Positions 31,529 through 40,110 of a stretch of DNA of 40,668 nucleotides are shown here, piece by piece. This stretch comes from a virus: positions 1-40,668 of the IMG/VR virus record IMGVR_UViG_3300038306_000113. One strand, given 5' to 3'. The notes under the pieces were generated by a model. That model did no database searches. It was not told the origin of the DNA and worked only from the letters and a program-made list of their open reading frames with translations. Each line of letters starts with the position of its first letter. Within the stretch, counting starts at the first letter, position 1. The translations under genes and the position numbers were made by a program.

Positions 31529-33183
31529 CGTCTGGGGCTCCTCCTGGAGCGTTGCCGCTGTTCGGCGGCTAGTTCTTCAAGGTCGCTGGCAATATCTATC
31601 ATCAGCGGCGTTACAGCCTTCTTGGGCTCTGGGACCGCTAGGTGTTTGTTGCTGAACAGGTAAGACATCACATAGCGATCAACGTCCATCCCGTGGTTGT
31701 CTTTGTCTCGTGGCAGCGTCTTGTTCGGGCCGTCATCTTCGCGCCTCTCGTGGTAGACGTACCCGTCGAACTCCTTCACCCCATCGGTGGGGGCGTGGTG
31801 CTTGAGAAGGTACTCGTCGGGCTCATGCTGCAAGGCACCGGCAAAGTACCGAAGCCGCGGCTCTCCCGATGAATCGTCCTCGAGTGCGAAGCGGACCATC
31901 TCAACACCCGCGAGGATGGAGCCTGGACCTTTCTTGGCGACCTGGGCGATAGGGTGCCCACGGTCGTTCAGCTTGCCGCCGAGCATCTGGTTTAGCGTCA
32001 CGCTGCGCTCCTTTGGCCCATCGGTAACGATTGCCCTAACGTCATAGTCGTTTTGCAGCTTGACGATAAGCTCGGCCCACCACTGCAACGCCTTCTCGGT
32101 CCTGTACCACTCCTTGACCATGAAGGCTCGAGCCCCATCGTCAATCGCATAGAGTCGCACAACGCCGGGGTCGGGGAGGAAACCCCAATCGGCACCGATG
32201 ACGAAGTAGGAAACGGGCCGCTCTTCAAAGTCGAGAGGCAGCAACTTCTCGGTTCCGAACATCGCTTTGCCGATAGGGACCAGCCACCACTTGTGATGAC
32301 CTTCCTTGCGCCTTGTGAGCCTGCCATTGACAACGTGCTTGTCGTGCTCAAACGTGGGGTAGACTTGCCCTGATCGGTCAACCCATAGGCCATCAATGAG
32401 TCTAGCCTGCTCGTCGGGGGGAAGGCGGGCGAGGATCGCCATGTACTCGGCACCCTGGTCGGTCCAAGTCTCCTCTTCATCGTCCCAGAACTTAGGGTTG
32501 TCCCTGATCTTGGTTCGGATGCGATGCATGGCAGTGACGCCGACCAGATCGTCCGCGGTGACTCCCATCTTCGCCATGACATCGGGACTGAGCGCGAGGG
32601 GCTCGTTTGCCAGAAGGTTGAGCCAATGGCGACCACCCGCGGGGTTGCAGTCAGCAATCTGCATCGACCACGGGCGACCGAACCGCCTGACGTGGTAGCG
32701 GCGTGTTCTAGTGGAGAGTTGGCCCCAGGCTTTGCGGAACCCCTCGGTGGCCTCGACGAACGCGATGACATCGTACTGCGTGGACATGAATCGCTCTGGA
32801 CTGTCCATGCCTCCAAGGTCGATGCGGGATCGGCCCTCGTAGGTTCGCAGGCCATCGACATCTTCAACCACTCGCTTTGACTCGGGCCAGGTGTAGCTAG
32901 GACGGGAGTTTCGGGCACGGAGAGGAGTGCAAGCAGGATGGCCGGTGCCAAGCACTTCCTCCTCGAGGGTTTCAAGGACCGAGTTGTTGAGGCTGATGCG
33001 CGTCTGGCGAACGAGAAGGATGCGGATGCCAGGGTAGAGTTCGCAGAGGAGCCGCAAGAAGATACAGAGCTGGAAGGTCTTGCCCGTCCCAACTCCGCCT
33101 TCCCAGAGCACCTGCGTCTGAGTGCTTCCCAGCAGCTTCGCACCGCTCGCTGAAAGCTTGATCGTCTTCCCCGCTTCACTCAT
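31525..33183 (-). CDS. terL: Terminase large subunit
   Basis: Walker A WEGGVGTGKT; Walker B-like YDVIAFVEATE; nuclease-domain acidic motifs IGADWG and DNHGMDVDRY. ATG 33183 is preceded by AGGAG. Confidence 0.85.
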   Translation of the reverse strand: MSEAGKTIKLSASGAKLLGSTQTQVLWEGGVGTGKTFQLCIFLRLLCELYPGIRILLVRQTRISLNNSVLETLEEEVLGTGHPACTPLRARNSRPSYTWPESKRVVEDVDGLRTYEGRSRIDLGGMDSPERFMSTQYDVIAFVEATEGFRKAWGQLSTRTRRYHVRRFGRPWSMQIADCNPAGGRHWLNLLANEPLALSPDVMAKMGVTADDLVGVTAMHRIRTKIRDNPKFWDDEEETWTDQGAEYMAILARLPPDEQARLIDGLWVDRSGQVYPTFEHDKHVVNGRLTRRKEGHHKWWLVPIGKAMFGTEKLLPLDFEERPVSYFVIGADWGFLPDPGVVRLYAIDDGARAFMVKEWYRTEKALQWWAELIVKLQNDYDVRAIVTDGPKERSVTLNQMLGGKLNDRGHPIAQVAKKGPGSILAGVEMVRFALEDDSSGEPRLRYFAGALQHEPDEYLLKHHAPTDGVKEFDGYVYHERREDDGPNKTLPRDKDNHGMDVDRYVMSYLFSNKHLAVPEPKKAVTPLMIDIASDLEELAAEQRQRSRRSPRR

Positions 33184-33520
33184 TCGGCTCCTGGTGGGGA
33201 CGGACGGTAAGATCGTTGGACTCGCCATCCTCGTCGGTGTAGGTGCCCGTCACGGACTTGAGGCCCATCATCGTCAACGCTGCACCGCTCATGTCGAGCT
33301 GGATGCCCTGCGGAACGCTGACTTCCACCTTCTGCGTAGCTCGGCCCATCATGTGGTCGATGAGGAAACGAGCCATCGGGCCATACTGGTCGTGCTCGTC
33401 ATCCAAGGCCACCCGTGTTGCGGTGCGGATCATGGCTACGCCAACCTCCTCTTTGGAACCAGGCAGCGGACCAGCGCAGATTTTGTCCCACTCCTTCAGC
33501 ATGTTCAGCCGCTTTGCCAT
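33176..33520 (-). CDS. Putative small terminase subunit (114 aa)
   Basis: Called by position only (directly upstream of and overlapping terL). ATG 33520 overlaps the upstream stop. Confidence 0.3.
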   Translation of the reverse strand: MAKRLNMLKEWDKICAGPLPGSKEEVGVAMIRTATRVALDDEHDQYGPMARFLIDHMMGRATQKVEVSVPQGIQLDMSGAALTMMGLKSVTGTYTDEDGESNDLTVRPHQEPNE

Positions 33521-33960
33521 TAGAGCGACCCCACCGCTTGAGGCGTTGTAGTCCACACAAACATTAGGTCACCGTAGGCACCCAAGTTGGGCCATACGAC
33601 CGTCCCTGTATGCCCTGCCGTCAGCTTGACCTCGATGCGGTAGGACTTGCCTCCCTCCATCGCGAAGGCGCTGTAGCCAATCATGGCCCAGAACGTGTAG
33701 CCCCCTTGCAGATCCCACCATCCATCAGTCTGGAGAGATGAGAACATGCAGTTGTTGTAACTGCCACCGGGGGGGTTCACCGACCCGATGGAGAGCGCCC
33801 TGGTATATGCGACGGTGCTCACTCCCTCCTCGTATACGTTTAGCACGGCTGCGCTGACCTCGGCCCTCGTCAGCACTTCGCCTGATGGGCTTTCGGGACG
33901 GGCGACGAGGTAAACGTCCTCACCCTCTATCGTTTCGATTTCTACTGGTTGAGTTGTCAT
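33520..33960 (-). CDS. Hypothetical beta-rich protein (146 aa)
   Basis: ORF in the late operon between the fibre-like gene and the terminase genes. Confidence 0.6.
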   Translation of the reverse strand: MTTQPVEIETIEGEDVYLVARPESPSGEVLTRAEVSAAVLNVYEEGVSTVAYTRALSIGSVNPPGGSYNNCMFSSLQTDGWWDLQGGYTFWAMIGYSAFAMEGGKSYRIEVKLTAGHTGTVVWPNLGAYGDLMFVWTTTPQAVGSL

Positions 33961-33969
33961 GGTTGCCTG

Positions 33970-35289
33970 TCAGATGATGTTTGAGGAGCCGCCTGCGTGA
34001 GCCCCGTGGTTTGATGCGGAAGTCCCGCGAGCTGGGCCACCCACTGAGGCCGATGTCCGTGGACGCTTGTGGGGCGGTTGAGTATGAGCTGCCCCTTGCC
34101 CGTGGATCACACCCCGGAGAGTTACGGTTGGTGTTCCGAAGGCCGTTGTCGCCTCTATGCTGCTGGGTACGATGTTCGGGGTACTGGTGACCCTAGATAG
34201 GTCCACGACCTGCACCCTCGAGGCTACCGTGTTGCCGCTGCGGTGCGCCCAGAGTTGGACGTTCGTTGTCGATGTGATCTGAGCGTTGACCCAGCCACGG
34301 CCATAGTCGGTCCCGGTGCCGCTCGACGTGCGCGATACGACAACAAAGGCGCTCTCTAGATCGGGGAGCGCGGACGGGATGGTGACATTCATTGCACCCG
34401 CTGTGGCCTGGGTGTCGGACATCCTCTGCACAGCCATGTTGGCGTGAGCTAAGACGTGTGCCACATGCACCTGCGTGGACGTTGCGTGGTCGGCCTGGAA
34501 TGTCCAGTTCACCGTCGAGGTGGACGATCCTGGCTCAAACAGCGGCCAGTTGTCCGCGATGGCCTCGTTCGTGTCGGACAAGTTGTCGCCTTTGTGCTGC
34601 CCGAAGATTACGCCCGCGGCCCAAGCGGAGACGGCGAATGCGCCACCTGACGTTCCGTCTGCCCCATTCACAAGGCTTATCGTCCCCGTGTCCGCGCTCG
34701 ACGATGCGACCCCGTGGCCCACAGCCCAGTTAGAGCCCGTGAACTCGACTAGCACCACTTGGACCGCGGTGCGCCCCGAGGAGCCGCCGCAGTGGACCGT
34801 CAGTTGAGTGGCGGAGTCCAGAATCGCATAGGCGGTAGCTCTAGCCCCTCCATCGGTTGTCTCCTCGCATCTGATGCCCGTGATGAAGGGGATGCACTTG
34901 TCGATGTTAGAAACGCCCGAAACCGTTACCGCTCTCGAGGCTACGCCTGCATTGAGGTTTGCCGTGTACCGACCACGGACAACAAACTCATTGATGTCAC
35001 CAGCATCGCCAAGGTACTCCCAGACCTCAACGCTTGCCCTCATCGTGAACGTGCTAGAGGTTGCCACCCTGGTAAAGGCTAGATTGGCTGATTCGACCAA
35101 CTCGACCGCCACGGACAAATCGTCGGCTTCAAGGTTGGTGGCCGTGCCGAGCGCCCCCGCCGAAGACTTGCGGTTGTTGCCGAGCAGCTCCAGGGCGGAG
35201 GACGTGCCGGTGACGGGCGTGGTCAGGTAGCGGTTGCCACCCGCGGGCGGAACGTCGAACACCACCCGCTGGACTTTGAATACAACCAC
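33970..35289 (-). CDS. Fibre or receptor-binding-like protein (439 aa, GTG start)
   Basis: Ser/Thr/Gly/Val-rich beta-type sequence with a low-complexity tail. There is no SD. Confidence 0.5.
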   Translation of the reverse strand: MVVFKVQRVVFDVPPAGGNRYLTTPVTGTSSALELLGNNRKSSAGALGTATNLEADDLSVAVELVESANLAFTRVATSSTFTMRASVEVWEYLGDAGDINEFVVRGRYTANLNAGVASRAVTVSGVSNIDKCIPFITGIRCEETTDGGARATAYAILDSATQLTVHCGGSSGRTAVQVVLVEFTGSNWAVGHGVASSSADTGTISLVNGADGTSGGAFAVSAWAAGVIFGQHKGDNLSDTNEAIADNWPLFEPGSSTSTVNWTFQADHATSTQVHVAHVLAHANMAVQRMSDTQATAGAMNVTIPSALPDLESAFVVVSRTSSGTGTDYGRGWVNAQITSTTNVQLWAHRSGNTVASRVQVVDLSRVTSTPNIVPSSIEATTAFGTPTVTLRGVIHGQGAAHTQPPHKRPRTSASVGGPARGTSASNHGAHAGGSSNII

Positions 35290-35295
35290 TTGAGG

Positions 35296-35703
35296 CTAGA
35301 TCGCGAAGATTTTGCTTGCACCCGTGGACCACGCAATCGTGATGTCCTCGCCAACTGGCGTAACGGGCAGGCCGGTCGCCGTGTCGATGTAGGCTATAAG
35401 GGGAGAATCACCATCCGAGGATACCCACTTATAGATGACCACCGCTGAAGACAGCGCCCCCGTGGGCACCGAGAACACGATGTCGTTCGCGTCAAACACA
35501 CCCAGGGCAACTGACTTGCCAGCCAAGCTGCCGCTAGTCGCGACCCTGTACCCGCTCCCAATAGAGGAGAGGAACTGGTGCGTGGTTAGGTTTACCGAGT
35601 ATCCCGCGATATCCACCAGGACGCAGCGGATGTCGTTAGACGCTAGATTGATCGATCCCGAAAGCAGTGCCTCTTTTGCGAGGTCATACAGCGCGTTTGC
35701 CAT
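35296..35703 (-). CDS. Hypothetical virion-associated protein (135 aa), first gene of the leftward block
   Basis: ATG 35703 (MANALYDLAKEALLSGSINL...) is preceded by AAGGAGAC. The track's longer ORF adds 23 unlikely codons. Confidence 0.65.
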   Translation of the reverse strand: MANALYDLAKEALLSGSINLASNDIRCVLVDIAGYSVNLTTHQFLSSIGSGYRVATSGSLAGKSVALGVFDANDIVFSVPTGALSSAVVIYKWVSSDGDSPLIAYIDTATGLPVTPVGEDITIAWSTGASKIFAI

Positions 35704-35959
35704 GTCTCCTTGTGCTCCCTTGCAGGGGTTTACGGCGCGATTCGTCTGCGAATGTGTAGCATTTTGCAACACTTTTCAACCATTTAGTGTGTTTCTTGTC
35801 GGCCTGGGAAATCGCAACCCCACCGAATATTGCCGACCGTCGCAGATATTCGTAATAAATCCGTGCTCGCCGTTGCGAAGCTCCTTGCTATTACCGAGTA
35901 TCTACTTGTCGGGCAACTCCGCTCGTCATTCCAACACCAACAACACCAAGGAAAACAAC
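35704..35959. promoter_or_regulatory. Divergent non-coding control region between the leftward and rightward blocks
   Basis: At 256 bp this is the largest intergenic gap in the genome. It looks AT-richer than the flanks and is flanked by outward-facing genes. Confidence 0.5.
35830..35858 (+). promoter_or_regulatory. Candidate sigma70-type rightward promoter
   Basis: TTGCCG (35830-35835), a 17-bp spacer, then TAATAA (35853-35858). Confidence 0.3.
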
Positions 35960-36151
35960 ATGGCTAACGAAACAGGCCCACGAATGGATCTCGCTCCCGA
36001 ACCCGACTACTGTAGTTGCTGCGGTGGGTGCGGCGAGGTCTGCGCGAACTGCGAGAAGCCTAAAGAGGAGCACGACCTCAACGACGAGTACTGCGACTGC
36101 GAGGAAGACCAAACCGCCTGCTGCCGCGAATGTGAGGGGTACGGGCGATGA
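35960..36151 (+). CDS. Cys-rich small protein with DnaJ-type CxxCxGxG zinc motifs (63 aa)
   Basis: It has 12 Cys, including CSCCGGCG and CRECEGYG. It is the first rightward gene. Confidence 0.6.
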   Translation: MANETGPRMDLAPEPDYCSCCGGCGEVCANCEKPKEEHDLNDEYCDCEEDQTACCRECEGYGR

Positions 36152-36267
36152 TCTCCACCCTCTCTCGCTGGGCTCGGGAGCACCCTCTCGACCTACTTGT
36201 CTACGTCACCTTGGCCTTTCTGGCCTCCGTCTACGTCTATCAGGAGACAGTCTTATGCGCTCTCTAA
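36148..36267 (+). CDS. Tiny membrane protein (39 aa; below the ORF-track cutoff)
   Basis: Hand translation: MISTLSRWAREHPLDLLVYVTLAFLASVYVYQETVLCAL. ATGA-coupled. Confidence 0.35.
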   Translation: MISTLSRWAREHPLDLLVYVTLAFLASVYVYQETVLCAL

Positions 36268-36389
36268 TCACAGGAATCGGATTTATCACGGGATTGCTGC
36301 TCTGCACCTCGTATCTCTTTGTGGGGCTTGCCCTGCTCTGTGTCGTGGTCATTGGCGACAAGCTTGCCGACATGATCGACTCCAAATAA
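36255..36389 (+). CDS. Tiny membrane protein (44 aa)
   Basis: MRSLITGIGFITGLLLCTSYLFVGLALLCVVVIGDKLADMIDSK. Confidence 0.4.
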   Translation: MRSLITGIGFITGLLLCTSYLFVGLALLCVVVIGDKLADMIDSK

Positions 36390-36395
36390 TAGTTC

Positions 36396-36450
36396 ACGAC
36401 GATCCAGGTTGTTGGAAACCTGCCCGCTGGGGCGGATCGTCGTTTGTCTT
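36396..36450 (+). terminator. Structured hairpin plus T-rich tail after the small membrane-protein genes
   Basis: acgacgatcc (36396-36405) pairs with ggatcgtcgt (36434-36443). The loop contains sub-stems aggtt/aacct and gccc/gggc. It is followed by ttgtctt. Confidence 0.4.
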
Positions 36451-36490
36451 CCAAAGTCCTCAGCGGGCACCCTTACCCCAACAACTACTT

Positions 36491-36736
36491 ATGATTTCTC
36501 TACACACTATCTCCACGCTTCATGTGGACATTCACGAGCCCTTCCGCAGCGAACCCGTTACGGCTGTCGATTTGCTCATCTCCGAAACGCTCTCCGCTGA
36601 CCCGGTCGTTGTGTCTCTGCACTTCTCCTCGGAGGAGGCGTTGATCACGGCCCTCAAGGCCCTCGGTGCCGCTGGCTACGCCCTATCTCAAGGCGATATA
36701 GACTCGGAGGCAGTAAAATGGGACATCAAACTTTAG
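36491..36736 (+). CDS. Hypothetical protein (81 aa)
   Basis: ATG 36491 after the hairpin, open to 36736. Confidence 0.55.
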   Translation: MISLHTISTLHVDIHEPFRSEPVTAVDLLISETLSADPVVVSLHFSSEEALITALKALGAAGYALSQGDIDSEAVKWDIKL

Positions 36737-37563
36737 ACCTACCCATTGTGGAGACGGAGGAGTCCGGTGTTCGCCTTAGCGGGCAGTACTCGCCTCTCGA
36801 CATCCACGAGTACCACAACAGCACGGCCCTCTCTGCGAGCGGCGTAGCGCGTCTGCTGCGCTCTCCTATGCACTACCGCCAACCGTTTGGCGAGCCGAGT
36901 GCGGCGATGCAGCTAGGCACCGCGGTCCATCTGCTTTGCCTGGAGGGACGAGCGGACCTTGTGCCGCTTGCCCCTGAAGTCAACAGGAGAACCAAAGCTG
37001 GCAAGGCCGAGCTGGAGGAATGGACCGCCCGCCAGCCGCGTGGTGCCATCCTTCTTGCCCCCAAAGATAGGGAGCGGGCTTACCGCATGTACGAGGCCGT
37101 CATCGCCACCGATGGCTTGGACCTCAGCGGGCTTGCAGAGCAGTCATTCTTCGGGACCGATGCCGACGGTTGCTACCGTCGAGCCCGCCCTGACCTGTAC
37201 TGCCGGGATAGGTCGCTTATTATTGACCTCAAGACTACGGCTGATGCCTCCGAAGGTGCGTTTCGCCGCTCGGTGGGCAACTACTCTTACTACCGTCAGG
37301 CTCCTTGGTACACCGACACTCTCGAGATGTGCGGGGAGGCGGCTAGTGACTTTGTGTTCTTGGCCGTGGAGAGTACCGCCCCTTACGCCGTCGCGATGTA
37401 CGGCTTAGATGATGCCACGATTGAGCAGGGCAGGCGTGATAACGCCAAAGCCGCGAAGCTGTGGACTAGATGTACGGAGCGGGGCGAGTGGCCCGGATAC
37501 CAGAACGGTGTCGGGATGCTAGTCCTGCCCTCTTACCTCCGTGATATTGACTTTGACCAGTAA
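36718..37563 (+). CDS. PD-(D/E)XK exonuclease (RecE/DUF3799/Cas4-like recombination nuclease)
   Basis: RPDLY...LIIDLKTT (the D...D/ExK core) and YYRQAPWY (the QxxxY-type motif). It is adjacent to a RecT-like gene. Confidence 0.65.
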   Translation: MGHQTLDLPIVETEESGVRLSGQYSPLDIHEYHNSTALSASGVARLLRSPMHYRQPFGEPSAAMQLGTAVHLLCLEGRADLVPLAPEVNRRTKAGKAELEEWTARQPRGAILLAPKDRERAYRMYEAVIATDGLDLSGLAEQSFFGTDADGCYRRARPDLYCRDRSLIIDLKTTADASEGAFRRSVGNYSYYRQAPWYTDTLEMCGEAASDFVFLAVESTAPYAVAMYGLDDATIEQGRRDNAKAAKLWTRCTERGEWPGYQNGVGMLVLPSYLRDIDFDQ

Positions 37564-37579
37564 ACCCAACAACCCAACA

Positions 37580-38290
37580 ATGACTAACCAAGAAACCACC
37601 GTGGTCGCTGAGGTGACCCACCAAGACGCACTCCTAAACACCCAGATGAGGCAGGCCAAGCTCCTGTCGGAATCTAGCTTCCTCCCCCAACACTATCAGG
37701 GCAAGCCAGCCGATTGCCTCGTTGCGATCCAATGGGCGCAGCGTTCAGGGCGCGATCCGCTAGAGCTACTGCAAAACTCCTACGTTGTGCACGGCACTCC
37801 TGCCCTCAAGACCAGCTATATGATTGCCCTGGTCAACCGGAGTGGACCCTTTGACGGCCCGATCCGTTTCGAGGTCCACGGTTCTGGCGCTGACCTTTAC
37901 GCTATAGCTTATGGGCTTATCGGCGGCGAGAGGTACGAGGCCGTCGCCTCTATGGAAATGGCGCGAGTTGAGAAGTGGACGAAGAATCCCAAGTACTCGT
38001 CGATGCCAGACCACATGCTGAAGTGGCGGGCCGCGACCTTCCTGATTCGCCTCTACGCTCCAGAAGCCCTGCTCGGGATGTCCACCATCGACGAGGCTAA
38101 CGATATGCGCTATGCCGAGGAGCCCCAGCGGCTCACGGAGAAGTCGCTCTCCGACAAGATGCGTGGAGCCACCGAGGTTCTTCCCGGCCCGTGCGACCCC
38201 CTTACTGACGATGCCCTAACGGTTGATTCCGTGGAGATTGACCCCAAGGAGTGGCCGACGAGCACGGAAGGGGAGGATCTACCCTTTTGA
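37580..38290 (+). CDS. recT: RecT-like single-strand annealing protein
   Basis: ...FLPQHYQGKPADCLVAIQWAQRSGRDPLELLQNSYVVHGTPALKTSYMIALVNRSG...WTKNPKYSSMPDHMLKWRAATFLIRLYAPE matches the RecT-family pattern as I recall it. It is paired with the exonuclease. Confidence 0.65.
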   Translation: MTNQETTVVAEVTHQDALLNTQMRQAKLLSESSFLPQHYQGKPADCLVAIQWAQRSGRDPLELLQNSYVVHGTPALKTSYMIALVNRSGPFDGPIRFEVHGSGADLYAIAYGLIGGERYEAVASMEMARVEKWTKNPKYSSMPDHMLKWRAATFLIRLYAPEALLGMSTIDEANDMRYAEEPQRLTEKSLSDKMRGATEVLPGPCDPLTDDALTVDSVEIDPKEWPTSTEGEDLPF

Positions 38291-38598
38291 CCATCCCCCT
38301 AGAAACCATCACGGTCAACTTAGACGTGCACCTCGAGCTTCCCCCGGAGTTTATCTCGGAGCAGTTCCGCAAACTCTACGAGATTATGCTTACCGATGTC
38401 TGCGACAACGTGTCCCGCGAGTACCTCAGAGGGTATCTGGGCCGCTACGCTCTTGGCGGGGACTTTGAGCACGACGAGCCAAAGGAAGACGATTCCCTGG
38501 GCGACCTGCTGCTCAGGGCTGCGGCGATGCTCGGGACAGACCACGCCGCAAGAGGCGAGGCCAGACTGCAAGCCATCCTTGACGAGGGTCCGCGATGA
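38251..38598 (+). CDS. Hypothetical protein. The start is uncertain (GTG 38251 or TTG 38287).
   Basis: The ORF ends in an ATGA overlap with the next gene. Confidence 0.5.
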   Translation: MADEHGRGGSTLLTIPLETITVNLDVHLELPPEFISEQFRKLYEIMLTDVCDNVSREYLRGYLGRYALGGDFEHDEPKEDDSLGDLLLRAAAMLGTDHAARGEARLQAILDEGPR

Positions 38599-39068
38599 TT
38601 GTCCCGTGCACAACGTGTGATAGCGTCGGCTCCCTCTGTGGCCGGTGTAATGACCCCGATGGCAGTTGCGACTGCCCGTTCCCAAACTCCTGCGAATGCC
38701 ACGACTGTGGCGGAAGCGGGTCTATCGACCACAAGCCCATGACCCACAAGACAAACAGAACCAACCCGCCCGCCAGGTCACCCCGAGAGTACGAGGAGGA
38801 GATTGCGGCCCTCACGGTCTACCGCGACCCCGCCGCCCTTATGGCAGACCTTACCGCCGAGATGGAAGCCATGCTCGTGCCTTGCGCCTTCTGTCTAACG
38901 TACCCGAACACCGAGGACATCGGAGCCATCCATTGCGGTGAACCTAGCTGCTTCCAAACAGGGATACCGGGGTGCGGCGGGCACTGGTGGAACTTCTACA
39001 ACGAATGCGCCAGCGAGTTTCTTATCGCCCGTGCCGACGCCGCCCTCTCCCCCAAGGGGGAAGCATGA
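38595..39068 (+). CDS. Cys-rich zinc-finger protein (157 aa)
   Basis: Ten Cys in the first 40 residues, including CHDCGGSG (CxxCxGxG). A second Cys cluster lies near the C-terminus. Confidence 0.6.
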   Translation: MIVPCTTCDSVGSLCGRCNDPDGSCDCPFPNSCECHDCGGSGSIDHKPMTHKTNRTNPPARSPREYEEEIAALTVYRDPAALMADLTAEMEAMLVPCAFCLTYPNTEDIGAIHCGEPSCFQTGIPGCGGHWWNFYNECASEFLIARADAALSPKGEA

Positions 39069-39220
39069 GCCACGCCTCGAACCCCCAGCACCTCCCGCCT
39101 GCCAAGTCTGCCGACGAGTACGAGCGCGAGATCGTCAAACTCAAACTACGGATTGCCGAGCTGGAGACGTTGGTCGCCCATTACGGCTGGACGCCTATCG
39201 GCAAGGGGCACAACTCATGA
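39065..39220 (+). CDS. Hypothetical small coiled-coil protein (51 aa)
   Basis: ATGA overlaps at both ends. Contains EYEREIVKLKLRIAELETLV. Confidence 0.45.
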   Translation: MSHASNPQHLPPAKSADEYEREIVKLKLRIAELETLVAHYGWTPIGKGHNS

Positions 39221-39441
39221 AAACTCCACACATGATGTCGCTTTTGCTCCTCGAGTCGCTACACGCCAAAATCGGCAGTGCTCAGTGTAACCGAGATGCT
39301 TCGTATGTGGCTGGCCTGCGAGCAGCCTACGACGAGGCGCGAATATTTCTCGACGCGGATGCCGTGAAGTTACACTCCGAGGAGTGCAAAGCTGCCCTTG
39401 CCGTTGATGCGATTCTGCGGCGAGCAGGGGCGGCGAGATGA
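39217..39441 (+). CDS. Hypothetical protein (74 aa)
   Basis: ATGA overlaps at both ends. Confidence 0.5.
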   Translation: MKTPHMMSLLLLESLHAKIGSAQCNRDASYVAGLRAAYDEARIFLDADAVKLHSEECKAALAVDAILRRAGAAR

Positions 39442-39689
39442 GTTACGGACAACCAAACCCCCCTGCATTCTTGCCTCCCCCCCTCCACCGCATACCGGGA
39501 AAGGGCCGAGAGTACAACGCGCACCGCATCCTGTACAAGGCGAAGCCCACCGACGATTGGCTGATCTGGCGGTGTGTGAACATCGAAACTCTCCGCGATG
39601 GAGTGTTCTGGCAAGAGGTTGAGAAATACCCAGACATCAAGTTTGCCCGTCAGTCGTTCGAGCTTCCCATCAACCCCGAGGATCTATGA
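39438..39689 (+). CDS. Hypothetical protein (83 aa)
   Basis: ATGA overlaps at both ends. Confidence 0.6.
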   Translation: MSYGQPNPPAFLPPPLHRIPGKGREYNAHRILYKAKPTDDWLIWRCVNIETLRDGVFWQEVEKYPDIKFARQSFELPINPEDL

Positions 39690-40018
39690 AACAGGAAGAC
39701 TTCTTTAGCTTGCCCCCCCGGCCCCCACACAATGGAACGAAAACCAGCATTGCCGCGGCTGAAAGTGTGGCGACCGACGCTGCGTCCGTGCGCCTCCGTG
39801 TCCTCCAGTTTATTATAGACCGGGGCGAGCTGGGCGCATCTAGCGACGAGGCCGAGGTTGCCTTGGGCCTGACGCATCAGTCCTGCTCGGCTCGATTCTG
39901 GGAACTAGCGGGGAAAAACCGCAAGCGGCCCGAGCTAAAGCGCATCGTTGAGACGGGCTTCACCCGCAAAACCCGAAGTGGCCGAGCGGCTGCTGTCTAT
40001 AAGGAACTGCCGAGGTAG
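39686..40018 (+). CDS. Winged-helix DNA-binding protein (110 aa)
   Basis: SVRLRVLQFIIDRGELGASSDEAEVALGLTHQSCSARFWELAGK...TGFTRKTRSGRAAAVY is the common phage wHTH pattern. Confidence 0.5.
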   Translation: MKQEDFFSLPPRPPHNGTKTSIAAAESVATDAASVRLRVLQFIIDRGELGASSDEAEVALGLTHQSCSARFWELAGKNRKRPELKRIVETGFTRKTRSGRAAAVYKELPR

Positions 40019-40052
40019 CCTTGCAACCCTCCTGCGCCCCCCATACTATGCA

Positions 40053-40087
40053 CGAACCCGCTGGAGTAAGTAGCTCCAGCGGGTTCG
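40053..40087. promoter_or_regulatory. Perfect 14-bp inverted repeat with a 7-nt spacer (operator- or hairpin-like)
   Basis: cgaacccgctggag taagtag ctccagcgggttcg. There is no T-run on either strand. Confidence 0.5.
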
Positions 40088-40110
40088 CTAACGACACACC
40101 TAAACACCAG

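Noticed and set aside
33970-34120. A possible frameshift in the low-complexity C-terminal tail of the 439-aa fibre-like protein (QPPHKRPRTSASVGGPARGTSASNHGAHAGG).
   Set aside because: I translated the other two frames by hand. One has stops just upstream and neither gives a more protein-like sequence, so there is no support for a shift.
35704-35800. Leftward promoter hexamers (TTGAAA...TACACA/CACATT on the minus strand) and the small inverted repeat acact-N12-agtgt.
   Set aside because: The matches to consensus are weak and several alternatives exist. I report only the region as regulatory.
40048-40110. ATG 40048 as the start of the DUF1376 gene.
   Set aside because: It would place the perfect 14-bp inverted repeat inside the coding sequence, and the encoded residues (MHEPAGVSSSSGFAND) look like hairpin translation. 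GTG 40111 is preferred but not proven.
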